Origin: a virus
Lineage: Duplodnaviria; Heunggongvirae; Uroviricota; Caudoviricetes
Strand: one strand, 5' to 3'
Virus record (IMG/VR): IMGVR_UViG_3300037883_000041
Length of the DNA: 23,417 nucleotides
The notes below the pieces were generated by a model. That model was not told the origin of the DNA and made no database searches. It saw only the letters and a list, made by a program, of their open reading frames with translations. Below, piece after piece: positions 1 through 8,382 of this stretch (positions within the stretch are counted from its first letter, which is position 1; every line of letters begins with the position of its first letter). The translations under genes were made by a program, and so were the position numbers.

Positions 1-1376
1 TGCAGGCACGGCACCATGCTGGTTGCGGCCGCGTAAGCCGTACCCAGTGCCGAGGGTTGCACCCCTGCCTGGTCTGCCACGTAGCCGGTTTGCGAAGCGT
101 CGAAATGCATCAACAGGTTCGTGTTCGCGTCCGGGGTGAATGCCAGAGTCGGCGGAGTAAACGGTGCCGTGTACCGAGCCACGTTCGAGACACGAAGCTC
201 TTCGATATTCCCAGTGAAGCCACCGTTCTGCGCAGAGCTGTTGCCAATATACAAGTTGTTGGTATTGTTGCCGAAGGTCCCGCCAGCGATCTGTCCCAAT
301 AGCACACCGTTCTGATACAGATACCACGTACCCTGATAGCGCACCAAGGCAATGTGATACCACGTATTCGCAACTTGACCTGACGCTACCGTCAATGCAA
401 CAGCGGCCGAGTCGTTGTAGAACAAGAACGAGTTCGACTGAATAGTAAGGCGACCAAAAGGACTCCCATTATTGTCCTTACCCAAGAGTATCGCGCTCTG
501 CGAGATGTTCCCCGGATACATCCAGAATTCAATCGTGGCGTCGCCCGACGTCGGCGTGACGCGCAACGCTGGAAAGTCCGGCACAACTACAGCGCTTGTA
601 GTGGAGGGACACGACAAGGAACCACCACCAAACTTGCTGATCGCATTGCTGATCGACGCCGTACCAATGAATGTGTCAACAAACGATGCCCAATTGGTGA
701 TGCCGGTGCCCGAAGCGGGAACCAACGGCGTGGCCGTGATCGGACCCAGACGACCATTCGGTTTGGTCGCGTCCACGTCCAGGAAGTAGAAGTCCTTGAA
801 GGCTTGACCGCCTGAGCCGCTGAACACCTGACCACCAAACACGATGTATTGCTGACCTGCCGGGAACGACCCGCTCGCCGTCAAATTGCCATTGACATAG
901 CTCTGGTACGTGTTGGCCGAAATGTCGATAAACACCTCGACATACTGGGCGAAAGCAACGCCTGTACCGAGCCGGTTCAACTGGGTTTCCGTCAACAATG
1001 GGTTGATGTTGACACCCGACGCACCACCGGCAGACGTCGGCAGCAGGCCGACCACACTGCCGCCGCCACTAACCTGAGCGTAGGTGCGAAAACCAATCCA
1101 GGCTTGGGTCACGCCGTTTTGGAGAATCCCCAAATCAGCGAATGAAATCACATAGCCCGCATAGAAGCTACCGTTGCTGGCGCCCATTACCATCCAGACA
1201 GGCGACCCAATACCGCCCGACATGAGAGGCGCATTCGCACTGGCTGCGGTCATCACTGCGCCCGGTACGCCGTACTGTGTATTCAGCGCGCTTTGAACAT
1301 AGTTGGCCGAAAAAGGTACAGACCAGACCGTATTCAGCTGTACGTGGTCAAACGAAATTAAGGTACGAAGCGTCAT
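1..1376 (-). CDS. Putative tail fibre / receptor-binding virion protein with a LamG (concanavalin A-like) domain; 3'-truncated at the window edge
   Basis: Absent from the ORF track because it has no stop in the window. Hand translation from ATG 1376 (upstream AGAGG RBS) is open for 458 codons: MTLRTLISFDHV...WIGFRTY...YVEVFID...YVNG...KDFYFLDVD...RLGP. It then has LamG motifs TIEFWMYP, WYHIALVR, YLYQNG, LYIG, FTGNIEELRVSNVARY. Confidence 0.85.
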   Translation of the reverse strand, partial: MTLRTLISFDHVQLNTVWSVPFSANYVQSALNTQYGVPGAVMTAASANAPLMSGGIGSPVWMVMGASNGSFYAGYVISFADLGILQNGVTQAWIGFRTYAQVSGGGSVVGLLPTSAGGASGVNINPLLTETQLNRLGTGVAFAQYVEVFIDISANTYQSYVNGNLTASGSFPAGQQYIVFGGQVFSGSGGQAFKDFYFLDVDATKPNGRLGPITATPLVPASGTGITNWASFVDTFIGTASISNAISKFGGGSLSCPSTTSAVVVPDFPALRVTPTSGDATIEFWMYPGNISQSAILLGKDNNGSPFGRLTIQSNSFLFYNDSAAVALTVASGQVANTWYHIALVRYQGTWYLYQNGVLLGQIAGGTFGNNTNNLYIGNSSAQNGGFTGNIEELRVSNVARYTAPFTPPTLAFTPDANTNLLMHFDASQTGYVADQAGVQPSALGTAYAAATSMVPCL

Positions 1377-1418
1377 GGTTGCCTCTAAGGGAAAATCGAA
1401 TGCTAATTCCAGGAAAGC

Positions 1419-1439
1419 TTCTGGGAAGCCCTCCCAGAA
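1419..1439 (-). terminator. Hairpin, possible terminator after the paralog array
   Basis: TTCTGGGA-GGGCT-TCCCAGAA (8-bp stem) on the minus strand just after the stop at 1447, followed by GCTTTCC (weak U tract). Confidence 0.55.
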
Positions 1440-1446
1440 TTTACAC

Positions 1447-1788
1447 TTACTGCCTGGGCAGGTTGTATTGCACAACCAACAGGTTATGCACGCCGTCCAC
1501 CCAGGGCAGCTCCACAATCAAAGCCTGCTTGAACAACGCGTTCGACGGCAGGTTGGTGTGGTTATCGCCATTGAATACCACCTTGGCACCCAAGAGCGAA
1601 TACGGCTCACCTTCGTTCGCGTTCCACAGTGCACGTGCTGCGCCCGTATCGTGCGAGCTCAGAGAAGCCGCCAGGAGAGTCGCATCCGACTCGCTCAGCT
1701 CTCCTACAGGCACCGCAGACAGGGATGCAGCATCAGCGCTGAAGTCCGTGAAGAAGAGGTAGTTCGGCCAGAAAGTCGTATCAGCCAT
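1447..1788 (-). CDS. Array paralog, C-terminal module only (113 aa)
   Basis: AAGGA RBS. YSLLGAKVVFNG...PSNALFKQALIVEL...LVVQYN matches the C-halves of 3251..4144 (YNLTGATIVSNG...PTNPAYKYVMAIQL...LYLHYN) and 5990..7474. Confidence 0.8.
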   Translation of the reverse strand: MADTTFWPNYLFFTDFSADAASLSAVPVGELSESDATLLAASLSSHDTGAARALWNANEGEPYSLLGAKVVFNGDNHTNLPSNALFKQALIVELPWVDGVHNLLVVQYNLPRQ

Positions 1789-1803
1789 CTCACATCCTTT
1801 TCT

Positions 1804-2304
1804 TTAAAAGCCACTCAGCACGTTCGAATAGAACGCATTGCTGAAATTCGGCAGAGGTGCAAACGCGCACTCAAACGTTCCGGTGTAACCCAGTGAGCTC
1901 GCCAAGGCAGTCAGCACCACATGGGTGCTACCGTCACCTGCAATGAACGTCGTCGAGTCGGCGATGTCGCTCATCGTCAACGTGAAACCGTACTGGTCCC
2001 GGAACGTGGTCAGCACCAGCGAGACATCGTTGTTCGGCGCAGCCGTGATCAGATACGGCTGGAAATTCGCGAGTGCACCCAGATCGAGTCGATCGTAGTA
2101 CAGCGTCATCTGACCCCGAAGCGGTGCCCCGGAATTCATCACGACACGGACCTTGGTGTTCTTACCATTCGCCACGCCAGCTTTCTCAGCCGTTGTGGTC
2201 GCCTTAATCGCAGCGATGGTGAACTGGGCCGACGTCACCGTCACACCTGACAAAGCACTAATCAACGCAGCGAGATCGTCGCTCGAGTTTTGATACAGAC
2301 TCAC
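1804..2304 (-). CDS. Array paralog, N-terminal module only (166 aa)
   Basis: GTG start with GGGAGG RBS. Family motifs RGQMTLYYDRLDL, QYGFTL..SD, GDGSTHVVLTA..SSLGYTG; ends at LSGF. Confidence 0.85.
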   Translation of the reverse strand: MSLYQNSSDDLAALISALSGVTVTSAQFTIAAIKATTTAEKAGVANGKNTKVRVVMNSGAPLRGQMTLYYDRLDLGALANFQPYLITAAPNNDVSLVLTTFRDQYGFTLTMSDIADSTTFIAGDGSTHVVLTALASSLGYTGTFECAFAPLPNFSNAFYSNVLSGF

Positions 2305-2315
2305 ATCGACCTCCC

Positions 2316-3200
2316 TTAGTTGAAGTGCAGGTAAAGCTGACCCTGGAACCAGGACCCGCTCACTGCCGGAATGACTGTGGCAAAGGCGTACTTGTTGCTG
2401 TTCGCCCCCGGAGCCGATGCTGAGGGTAACGTATAACGCGTGAGCGTCAGGTTCCCTAGACCGCCAGCATTCGCTGAGTCGGTACTGTTCAGATTCAAGC
2501 TTGGTAAGTTCTGCTGCAAGAAGGCCAGGATCGACGCGTAGTTGCTACCTGCTTGCGCCCAATTCGCCGGTGTAACCTGCACAGAGGACGCCAGTGCCTT
2601 CAGTGCAGCCGAGATAGGCACGCAGCTTAACCCGTAGCTCAACACGTCACCTTGAGGCTTACGAGCGCCCCCAAACGTATTGCCGCCCGGATAGAGCTTA
2701 CCTGCCAGTACGCCGGTACCAAGCACCTGCGTCATGTACGGTACACCTTGCGTCCACTTGAAGCTAAACGATCCGTTATAGCACAGCGAAGCACTGACGA
2801 TGGTCACCGTGTACTGCGTGCCTGAGGTGAACGACGGATTGGTGAAGTCGGTCGGAACCAGGTCCGTGCCGTACTTCGCGTTAAACGACGTGCAGAACTG
2901 CGCCGCTGTCATGGTCGTGGAGCCGAGATAATCATCGAGCACCAGGTTCATGCTGCGGAACAGCGTAGACAAATTGATACGGCGGTACGTGACAGTCTGG
3001 TTACCGACGTAATGTCCGTTACCCTGTACTGTCATGAGCCGCAGGCTCGTGTCCTGGAACGTACCAGTCCCAGGCGTAATCGCAGTTGGAACGAGCGCCT
3101 GCAAGTTTTGCATCGACAGCGGTGCAACTTGCAGTCCCGGATTCGACTGATTGATCAACCCGAGCAAGGTGTTCAACTGCGTGTCAAGAAATGGGTACAT
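2316..3200 (-). CDS. Array paralog, virion structural (tail/baseplate fibre-like) protein, 294 aa, type A
   Basis: GAGGTG RBS. Motifs LINQSNPGL, YVGNQTVTYRRINL, FNAKYGTDL..TD; C-terminal LYLHFN. Confidence 0.85.
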   Translation of the reverse strand: MYPFLDTQLNTLLGLINQSNPGLQVAPLSMQNLQALVPTAITPGTGTFQDTSLRLMTVQGNGHYVGNQTVTYRRINLSTLFRSMNLVLDDYLGSTTMTAAQFCTSFNAKYGTDLVPTDFTNPSFTSGTQYTVTIVSASLCYNGSFSFKWTQGVPYMTQVLGTGVLAGKLYPGGNTFGGARKPQGDVLSYGLSCVPISAALKALASSVQVTPANWAQAGSNYASILAFLQQNLPSLNLNSTDSANAGGLGNLTLTRYTLPSASAPGANSNKYAFATVIPAVSGSWFQGQLYLHFN

Positions 3201-3215
3201 TAAACACCTCGTTCC

Positions 3216-3237
3216 GGGAGAGGGTTGCCCCTCTCCC
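3216..3237 (-). other. Perfect 9-bp hairpin with GCAA tetraloop and no U tail
   Basis: GGGAGAGGG-GCAA-CCCTCTCCC on the minus strand, between two array genes and directly 5' of the next RBS. Confidence 0.65.
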
Positions 3238-3250
3238 TTATGCTCTCAGC

Positions 3251-4144
3251 TTAGAAGCTGTTCGGGTCGAACGGATCGTTGTAGTGCAGATAGAGCAGAC
3301 CCGCAGGCGTCGTCACACTGGCAGCCAACTGGATTGCCATCACGTACTTGTACGCCGGATTGGTCGGCGTTACCGTCGGGTTGTTCAGACCGTTCGAGAC
3401 GATCGTCGCACCTGTCAGGTTGTACGTGGTATTTGCACCCGTGTCCACCCACGAAGCCTTACCTGCACCGACGTCCACAGCCTGGATCGCAGCCAGCACG
3501 TAATCGAGCTGGGCCTGAGTCATCGCACCCGGCGCGTAAGTCAGGAAGGTCGGCTGGTAGGTCGTGAAGTCGTACGGGTACAGATACGCCGGACCGTAGA
3601 CTGCCGAAGCAGGCGGGGCCACTGCATCCGAAACCGGGTAGTTCAAGCCCGGCAACTGCGGTACTGTCGCAGCCGTATCGAGCGGCACGCCACCCGGCAC
3701 CACGTTCAGCATCACGCTACCTTGCCAACCGAGCGAGTTCGGATCAGCCGACAGCTGCACCTGACCCGTGCCGTCACCGTTCAAGGTAATCGGCAGATTC
3801 TGCAAGTCGCCCTGCACGAACTGAATGCCCGTGTAGAAGATCAGCTGCGGCAGGATGTCCCACGTGTGAGCCGGATTGTTCACCGCCAGATCAGTGATAC
3901 CCGGCAGGTTCGCCAGTTGCCCCAGGTCCAGTCGGTTGTACAACACCACTACGCTGCCCTGATAGCCAGCTGATGCAGCGGTTGCCTTGACAGCACTATT
4001 GCGATCCGACGACAAGCCCTTCCAGGTCCCCGCCACCACCTTCGGATTCGAGAACGACAAATCCGTAGCGAGGAAAGCGGTCCCGTTGGCTGTGTTGATC
4101 GCATTCAACAGGTCAGTCAAGGATGGGATTTGAAAAGTCGACAT
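3251..4144 (-). CDS. Array paralog, virion structural protein, 297 aa, type B
   Basis: AAGGA RBS. Motifs YQGSVVVLYNRLDL, DGTGQVQLSADPNSLGWQG, LPGLNYP; C-terminal LYLHYN. Confidence 0.85.
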   Translation of the reverse strand: MSTFQIPSLTDLLNAINTANGTAFLATDLSFSNPKVVAGTWKGLSSDRNSAVKATAASAGYQGSVVVLYNRLDLGQLANLPGITDLAVNNPAHTWDILPQLIFYTGIQFVQGDLQNLPITLNGDGTGQVQLSADPNSLGWQGSVMLNVVPGGVPLDTAATVPQLPGLNYPVSDAVAPPASAVYGPAYLYPYDFTTYQPTFLTYAPGAMTQAQLDYVLAAIQAVDVGAGKASWVDTGANTTYNLTGATIVSNGLNNPTVTPTNPAYKYVMAIQLAASVTTPAGLLYLHYNDPFDPNSF

Positions 4145-4153
4145 AACTCATCC

Positions 4154-5131
4154 TTAAACGTTGTAGTGAAGGATCATGCGGCCCGCACCCCAGCTGTTCG
4201 CACCGAGCAGGTCGATGACCAAACAGTTGTTGAAGTACTTGCTGTCAGCCTCCGGTACCGCGGCGTTCGGCAGCGTGTAGTGCACGGCCTTGATGTTGTA
4301 CAGACTCATGCTGGTCGAGGCCGGATTCGTGAAGTTGTACGTCTTACCCGAGGCGGAGTTGATCAACCCGAGCAAAGTCGTCCGGATTGCACCTTGACCG
4401 TCGGACGTCGTACCAAACTGCTGGTTGCAGCAGTACGTAATCCAGGTCGCAAGCGCCATGGGGATAGCCGCGGCGGCCTGGTTAAAGGCCGCCGTGAAGT
4501 CGTACGAGAACACGTCCAGATCGGGCACGTAAAGAGTGTTATCCACCACATTGCGGCCGCCCGGAAACACCCGTGCATTCTCCAGGTTCGTCACCGTGAT
4601 CATCGTGCTGATGTCTTGCGGTGCCTGTACCCAGTACAGCGTGAAGCTACCGACGTAACCTGGACTGGCCGACTGGGTCGCGACAGTGATCGAACTGTTG
4701 CGTGTACCAGCAGGCAGACCGATCGCCGGAACCGCATTGGTGTTACCAGCAGGCAGACTGCCGTCGACCACGTCCGCGGTCGTCAGATTCAGACCGTACT
4801 TGGCGTTGATCGCCGGAAGCAGGTCAGAGATCTTGTACGGATTCTGCCCAGCGGTCGTAGGCGAATACTTGTAAATGACGATCGGCAGGCTACGGAACAA
4901 CGTGCCAAAGTCGATGCGTCGGTAAGTGAGAGTGGTGTTGCCGATGTACTTCGTGCCTGCGGCCGCCGTCACCTTGATCGAGGTGTTCTGGATGTTGCCT
5001 CCCGTAGGAGTAATCGCAGAAGGCGCACCGTACAGCACGTTCGACGTTGTCAGCGCTACAGGCAAGCTGGGATTTGCTGCATTGATCAAATCCACCAGCA
5101 TCTGCAACGACTGCTTTGGATAGAGAGCCAT
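4154..5131 (-). CDS. Array paralog, virion structural protein, 325 aa, type A
   Basis: Motifs LINAANPSL, YIGNTTLTYRRIDF, INAKYGLNL..AD; C-terminal MILHYNV. Confidence 0.85.
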   Translation of the reverse strand: MALYPKQSLQMLVDLINAANPSLPVALTTSNVLYGAPSAITPTGGNIQNTSIKVTAAAGTKYIGNTTLTYRRIDFGTLFRSLPIVIYKYSPTTAGQNPYKISDLLPAINAKYGLNLTTADVVDGSLPAGNTNAVPAIGLPAGTRNSSITVATQSASPGYVGSFTLYWVQAPQDISTMITVTNLENARVFPGGRNVVDNTLYVPDLDVFSYDFTAAFNQAAAAIPMALATWITYCCNQQFGTTSDGQGAIRTTLLGLINSASGKTYNFTNPASTSMSLYNIKAVHYTLPNAAVPEADSKYFNNCLVIDLLGANSWGAGRMILHYNV

Positions 5132-5141
5132 GTTTCAAGCC

Positions 5142-5975
5142 TTAACGGTTTTCGAGGACGTTGTAGTGAAAGTACATCGCGCTGGTGTAGAAACGTCCAC
5201 CCCAGACCGGTGCGTAAATCACCACCCGATCAAAATTCTTGTTGCTGTCCGCAATCTGCGAAGTCGCGTAATCGGCCACGTTGGTGTTGATCCAACTCGG
5301 ATTCGGGAATGCTGGAATCCCGATCTTCGTACAGACTTCCGAGAGCGTCGTGTAGTCCGTGAATCCGTTGTAAGCAAACCCGTTGCCAATGACGTAGAGC
5401 TTCGGCTTGATCGCATCGCGCAGCGACGTGAAGTCGAAGTTCCACAGATAGTCACGACCATTCAGGTAGTAGTTCGCTTCATCCGTGAGCACGTTCAAAC
5501 GCTGATTCGCAATCACCGTGTTCAGGTGCGGCTTGTCGTGCGTGATCGTGATATCGACCGAGCCTTTCCAACCCAACGATGTGTCCGCTGCCACCAGCGT
5601 AATCGTGCTCGACCCCAAGAGCGGTGGCGTGGTGATGTCCTGTGGGACAAAGTCACTCGCATCGAGGAACGTGCCGTAGGCAGCATTTATCAGCTGCGCG
5701 ATACTATCGAGCGTGAAGTTGTCCAGCGAAGCGATCGACACGATGCCAGCCAGGTTCGACAAAGGCACACGCGTGTAGTGAATCTCCGCGTCACCAAAGT
5801 AACCTCGACCCGGTACACCAGTGGCTGTGACGATCGTGTCGTAATCGGTTGCATCCCCCGGAGCAGCACTCGGCGTACCAAAGACGAGGTTCGTGTCCGA
5901 GAAAATCGTCGGGGGAACAAACGTCTCATTCAGCAGAATAACTAGCTGCTCCCCGGAGGGAGTCATTGTAGCCAT
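5142..5975 (-). CDS. Array paralog, virion structural protein, 277 aa
   Basis: GGAG RBS. Motifs YFGDAEIHYTRVPL, INAAYG..L..SD, SLGWKG; C-terminal MYFHYN. Confidence 0.85.
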   Translation of the reverse strand: MATMTPSGEQLVILLNETFVPPTIFSDTNLVFGTPSAAPGDATDYDTIVTATGVPGRGYFGDAEIHYTRVPLSNLAGIVSIASLDNFTLDSIAQLINAAYGTFLDASDFVPQDITTPPLLGSSTITLVAADTSLGWKGSVDITITHDKPHLNTVIANQRLNVLTDEANYYLNGRDYLWNFDFTSLRDAIKPKLYVIGNGFAYNGFTDYTTLSEVCTKIGIPAFPNPSWINTNVADYATSQIADSNKNFDRVVIYAPVWGGRFYTSAMYFHYNVLENR

Positions 5976-5989
5976 ACTCCCTCCTCGGG

Positions 5990-7474
5990 TTAATCAACAA
6001 CAAATGGGTAATCCGGCACCGTGAAGCCTGCCGAGTAACGTGCTACCTTGCTGATGCGCAGTTCTTCGATGAAACCAATGTAGCCTGCGCTGTTGTCGCT
6101 CGCCGAACCGATGAACATGCTGCCTGCGTTCACACCGTACGTGCCGAAGCCCGTGTTGTTCGCCACAGCCACGCCTGCAACGTAGAGCGTCGTGGTGCCG
6201 TTCTTCTTCACGAGCGCCACATGTGTCCACTGGCCTGCCAGCGGTGCACCGCCCGACAGCTGGTTTGCACCGGCATCATCGGTAGCAGAAATAGTACCAC
6301 CGCTCACTACGATCCGACCACCCGTACCCTTACAGGTCAGGACTTGATTGGTCGTCACGTTAGCCGGACGGATGTACATTTCAACGGTGAAGTTGCCCGA
6401 GAGCTGCAGCTCAGCTGCATCGACCGTCTGGATGTTACCGGTACCGTCGAACTGAGCCGAGGAACCACCATACAGCGACTGAGTGCTGCCGATGACTGCG
6501 TCACCTGCGAAGGTGAAGGGACGTGCCGGATACGCATTATCGCGCATCACCGTTGCGCCATTGATGCCATCGAAATGCAGCAGCATCGAGGTGTTCACCG
6601 TTGCGCCATCCGTGTTCGCGTACGGATCGATTGCACCGTAGTGCAGGAACAGATAGCCGCCGTAACCCAATGAGCCGGAACCCAGTTGGATCACCAGCAC
6701 GTAGGTGTACGCAGGATTCGGCGTCATCAACGTACCAGAGATCGGCGTGAATGCCACCACCGGACCGTTGTAGGTTACCGCTGCCCCTTGCAGACTGAAG
6801 CGACCCGCCGCCGTGTTGATCCACGAATCACCCGTGCAGGCTTTCAGGTCCGCGGTGAGCGTCGTGAGATCCGACGTCGCGGTCGTGATCTGTTGCAGAT
6901 CAGCCTGCCAGGCCGTCATGTCGCGCCAGTACGAGTACAGCTCACCGAACGGTTTGCTGAGGTCCTGGCTCGGATACAGCAAGCCCTGCAAAGCCGTGCC
7001 CGTCACTACCGTCGCAAGGTTGTAGTTACCGGCGATAAAGTTCAACGTGACTTGGCCGATCCAGCCCATCGAACCTGATTGAGCCGTCAACGTCACCGAA
7101 CCGGAACCGTCTGAGCCGACCGTAATCGGATCATTGTCGTTCAGGTCACCCGCCACAAAGTTCAAGCCGTAGTTGGCATTGAGCACCGCCCAGAAGTCCG
7201 ATACTTTCGCAAGTCCATTCACCGGAATGGGTTGCGGCAGCAGCGAAACCAGGTCGCTCAAATTCAACCGTGTGTAGTACACCGTCTGCGACCCCTGATA
7301 GGGCGCGGTGACCTCGGCCACCGTAATGAGCATCGAGGTGTTCGTCACGCCTTGGGGGTCAGCGAACGGAGTCGGTGTACCAAAGGTATACAGACTCGGA
7401 TCAAGCGTGACGCCCTTATTCAGCGCGGCGATAGCACCCAGAATCGCAGTCAGCGGAGCTGGGTAAAGCGCCAT
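5990..7474 (-). CDS. Array paralog, type B, with C-terminal LamG (concanavalin A-like) domain; candidate receptor-binding protein, 494 aa
   Basis: Family motifs YQGSQTVYYTRLNL, LNANYGLNF..GD, YLFLHY. These are followed by LamG motifs NTSMLLHFDG...FTVEMYIRP...WTHVALVK...LYVAG...MFIG...YIGFIEELRISKVARY. Confidence 0.88.
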   Translation of the reverse strand: MALYPAPLTAILGAIAALNKGVTLDPSLYTFGTPTPFADPQGVTNTSMLITVAEVTAPYQGSQTVYYTRLNLSDLVSLLPQPIPVNGLAKVSDFWAVLNANYGLNFVAGDLNDNDPITVGSDGSGSVTLTAQSGSMGWIGQVTLNFIAGNYNLATVVTGTALQGLLYPSQDLSKPFGELYSYWRDMTAWQADLQQITTATSDLTTLTADLKACTGDSWINTAAGRFSLQGAAVTYNGPVVAFTPISGTLMTPNPAYTYVLVIQLGSGSLGYGGYLFLHYGAIDPYANTDGATVNTSMLLHFDGINGATVMRDNAYPARPFTFAGDAVIGSTQSLYGGSSAQFDGTGNIQTVDAAELQLSGNFTVEMYIRPANVTTNQVLTCKGTGGRIVVSGGTISATDDAGANQLSGGAPLAGQWTHVALVKKNGTTTLYVAGVAVANNTGFGTYGVNAGSMFIGSASDNSAGYIGFIEELRISKVARYSAGFTVPDYPFVVD

Positions 7475-7482
7475 GAGAAATC

Positions 7483-8298
7483 CTAGGTCGGGTTATAGTG
7501 AAAGAGTGCCACACCAACGTAGGTCGCACCCACTACGTTGGTCTGCACGACGACGCGCTGGAAGTTCGTGTTCGCGCCAGGGTACTTCGTTGTCGCGTAA
7601 TCGGTCACGGTACCTGCAGCGGCGGTTGGCCAGTCGGTGTAGTTAAACTGCTGGATCATTGCTGCTTTGATCGCAGGCGCGTTCTTCCACGTACCGTTAC
7701 TGTTCACACCAAGCGAGGCGAGGAAGGGACCGAAGTCCACATTCCACATCACCATGCCGATGTCCTGCTTGCCTAGCGTCGGATCGATGTTATCGTACGT
7801 CTGCACATTCAGACTAACGTTGCGAATCACCGCGGTCAACTGCGGACGAACCCGATTGAACTGCAAGAGCATCGAACCCGTGTAGCCACGTGAAGTCGGC
7901 AACGACTGGATGTTGATGTTCACTGCAGCGCCTTCTGCCAGATACGCCACATCCGTGTCAACCACGTCCTGCTGGGTCAGATTCAACCCGAGGAACTGGT
8001 TCACAATGTCGAGCATGCCATAGAGCGTACCCGCTCCGACACTGCTCATCACGGGGATCTGGTCGTAGGCCGTGCTCAGGTTGATTCGCTTGTACGTGAA
8101 GTCACGATACCCGTCGTACACCGTTCCCAGCATGCCGGTCGTCGGCACGACTGAAGACACGCCATCGGTCGAACTGGAGGCGAGTCGAGCGCCGCCAAAG
8201 TACAGATTGTCTTTGGTGACCGGGAACGGCAAACTGGGGTTAGCCTGATTGATGAGCGCAACCAGCCGATCCGTAGGCGTACCCGAGAAAAGAGCCAT
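7483..8298 (-). CDS. Array paralog, virion structural protein, 271 aa
   Basis: GAGGT RBS. Motifs LINQANPSL, YDGYRDFTYKRINL, VNQFLGLNL..QD; C-terminal LFHYN. Confidence 0.85.
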   Translation of the reverse strand: MALFSGTPTDRLVALINQANPSLPFPVTKDNLYFGGARLASSSTDGVSSVVPTTGMLGTVYDGYRDFTYKRINLSTAYDQIPVMSSVGAGTLYGMLDIVNQFLGLNLTQQDVVDTDVAYLAEGAAVNINIQSLPTSRGYTGSMLLQFNRVRPQLTAVIRNVSLNVQTYDNIDPTLGKQDIGMVMWNVDFGPFLASLGVNSNGTWKNAPAIKAAMIQQFNYTDWPTAAAGTVTDYATTKYPGANTNFQRVVVQTNVVGATYVGVALFHYNPT

Positions 8299-8312
8299 GC
8301 TTACCTCTTAAC

Positions 8313-8350
8313 AAATAAAAGAGGGGACCCGAAGGCCCCCTCTCTCTTTT
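8313..8350 (-). terminator. Rho-independent terminator, possibly bidirectional
   Basis: Minus strand AGAGGGGGCC-TTCG-GGTCCCCTCT-TTTATTT: cUUCGg loop plus U tail. An A run on the other side gives a plus-strand T tail too. Confidence 0.85.
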
Positions 8351-8382
8351 AGGTCTGAACCACGCCTGAAGCCGACTGCCGA

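Noticed and set aside
1800-1810. TTTTAAAG as a frameshift site joining the split paralog
   Set aside because: The two ORFs are already in the same frame, so a shift would not fuse them.
4158-5170. Identical 13-mer ACGTTGTAGTGAA at 4158-4170 and 5158-5170, considered as a recombination site or DGR-type repeat
   Set aside because: It is explained by the conserved (L/F)HYNV C-terminal codons. No invertase, reverse transcriptase or template-repeat/variable-repeat pair was seen in the window.
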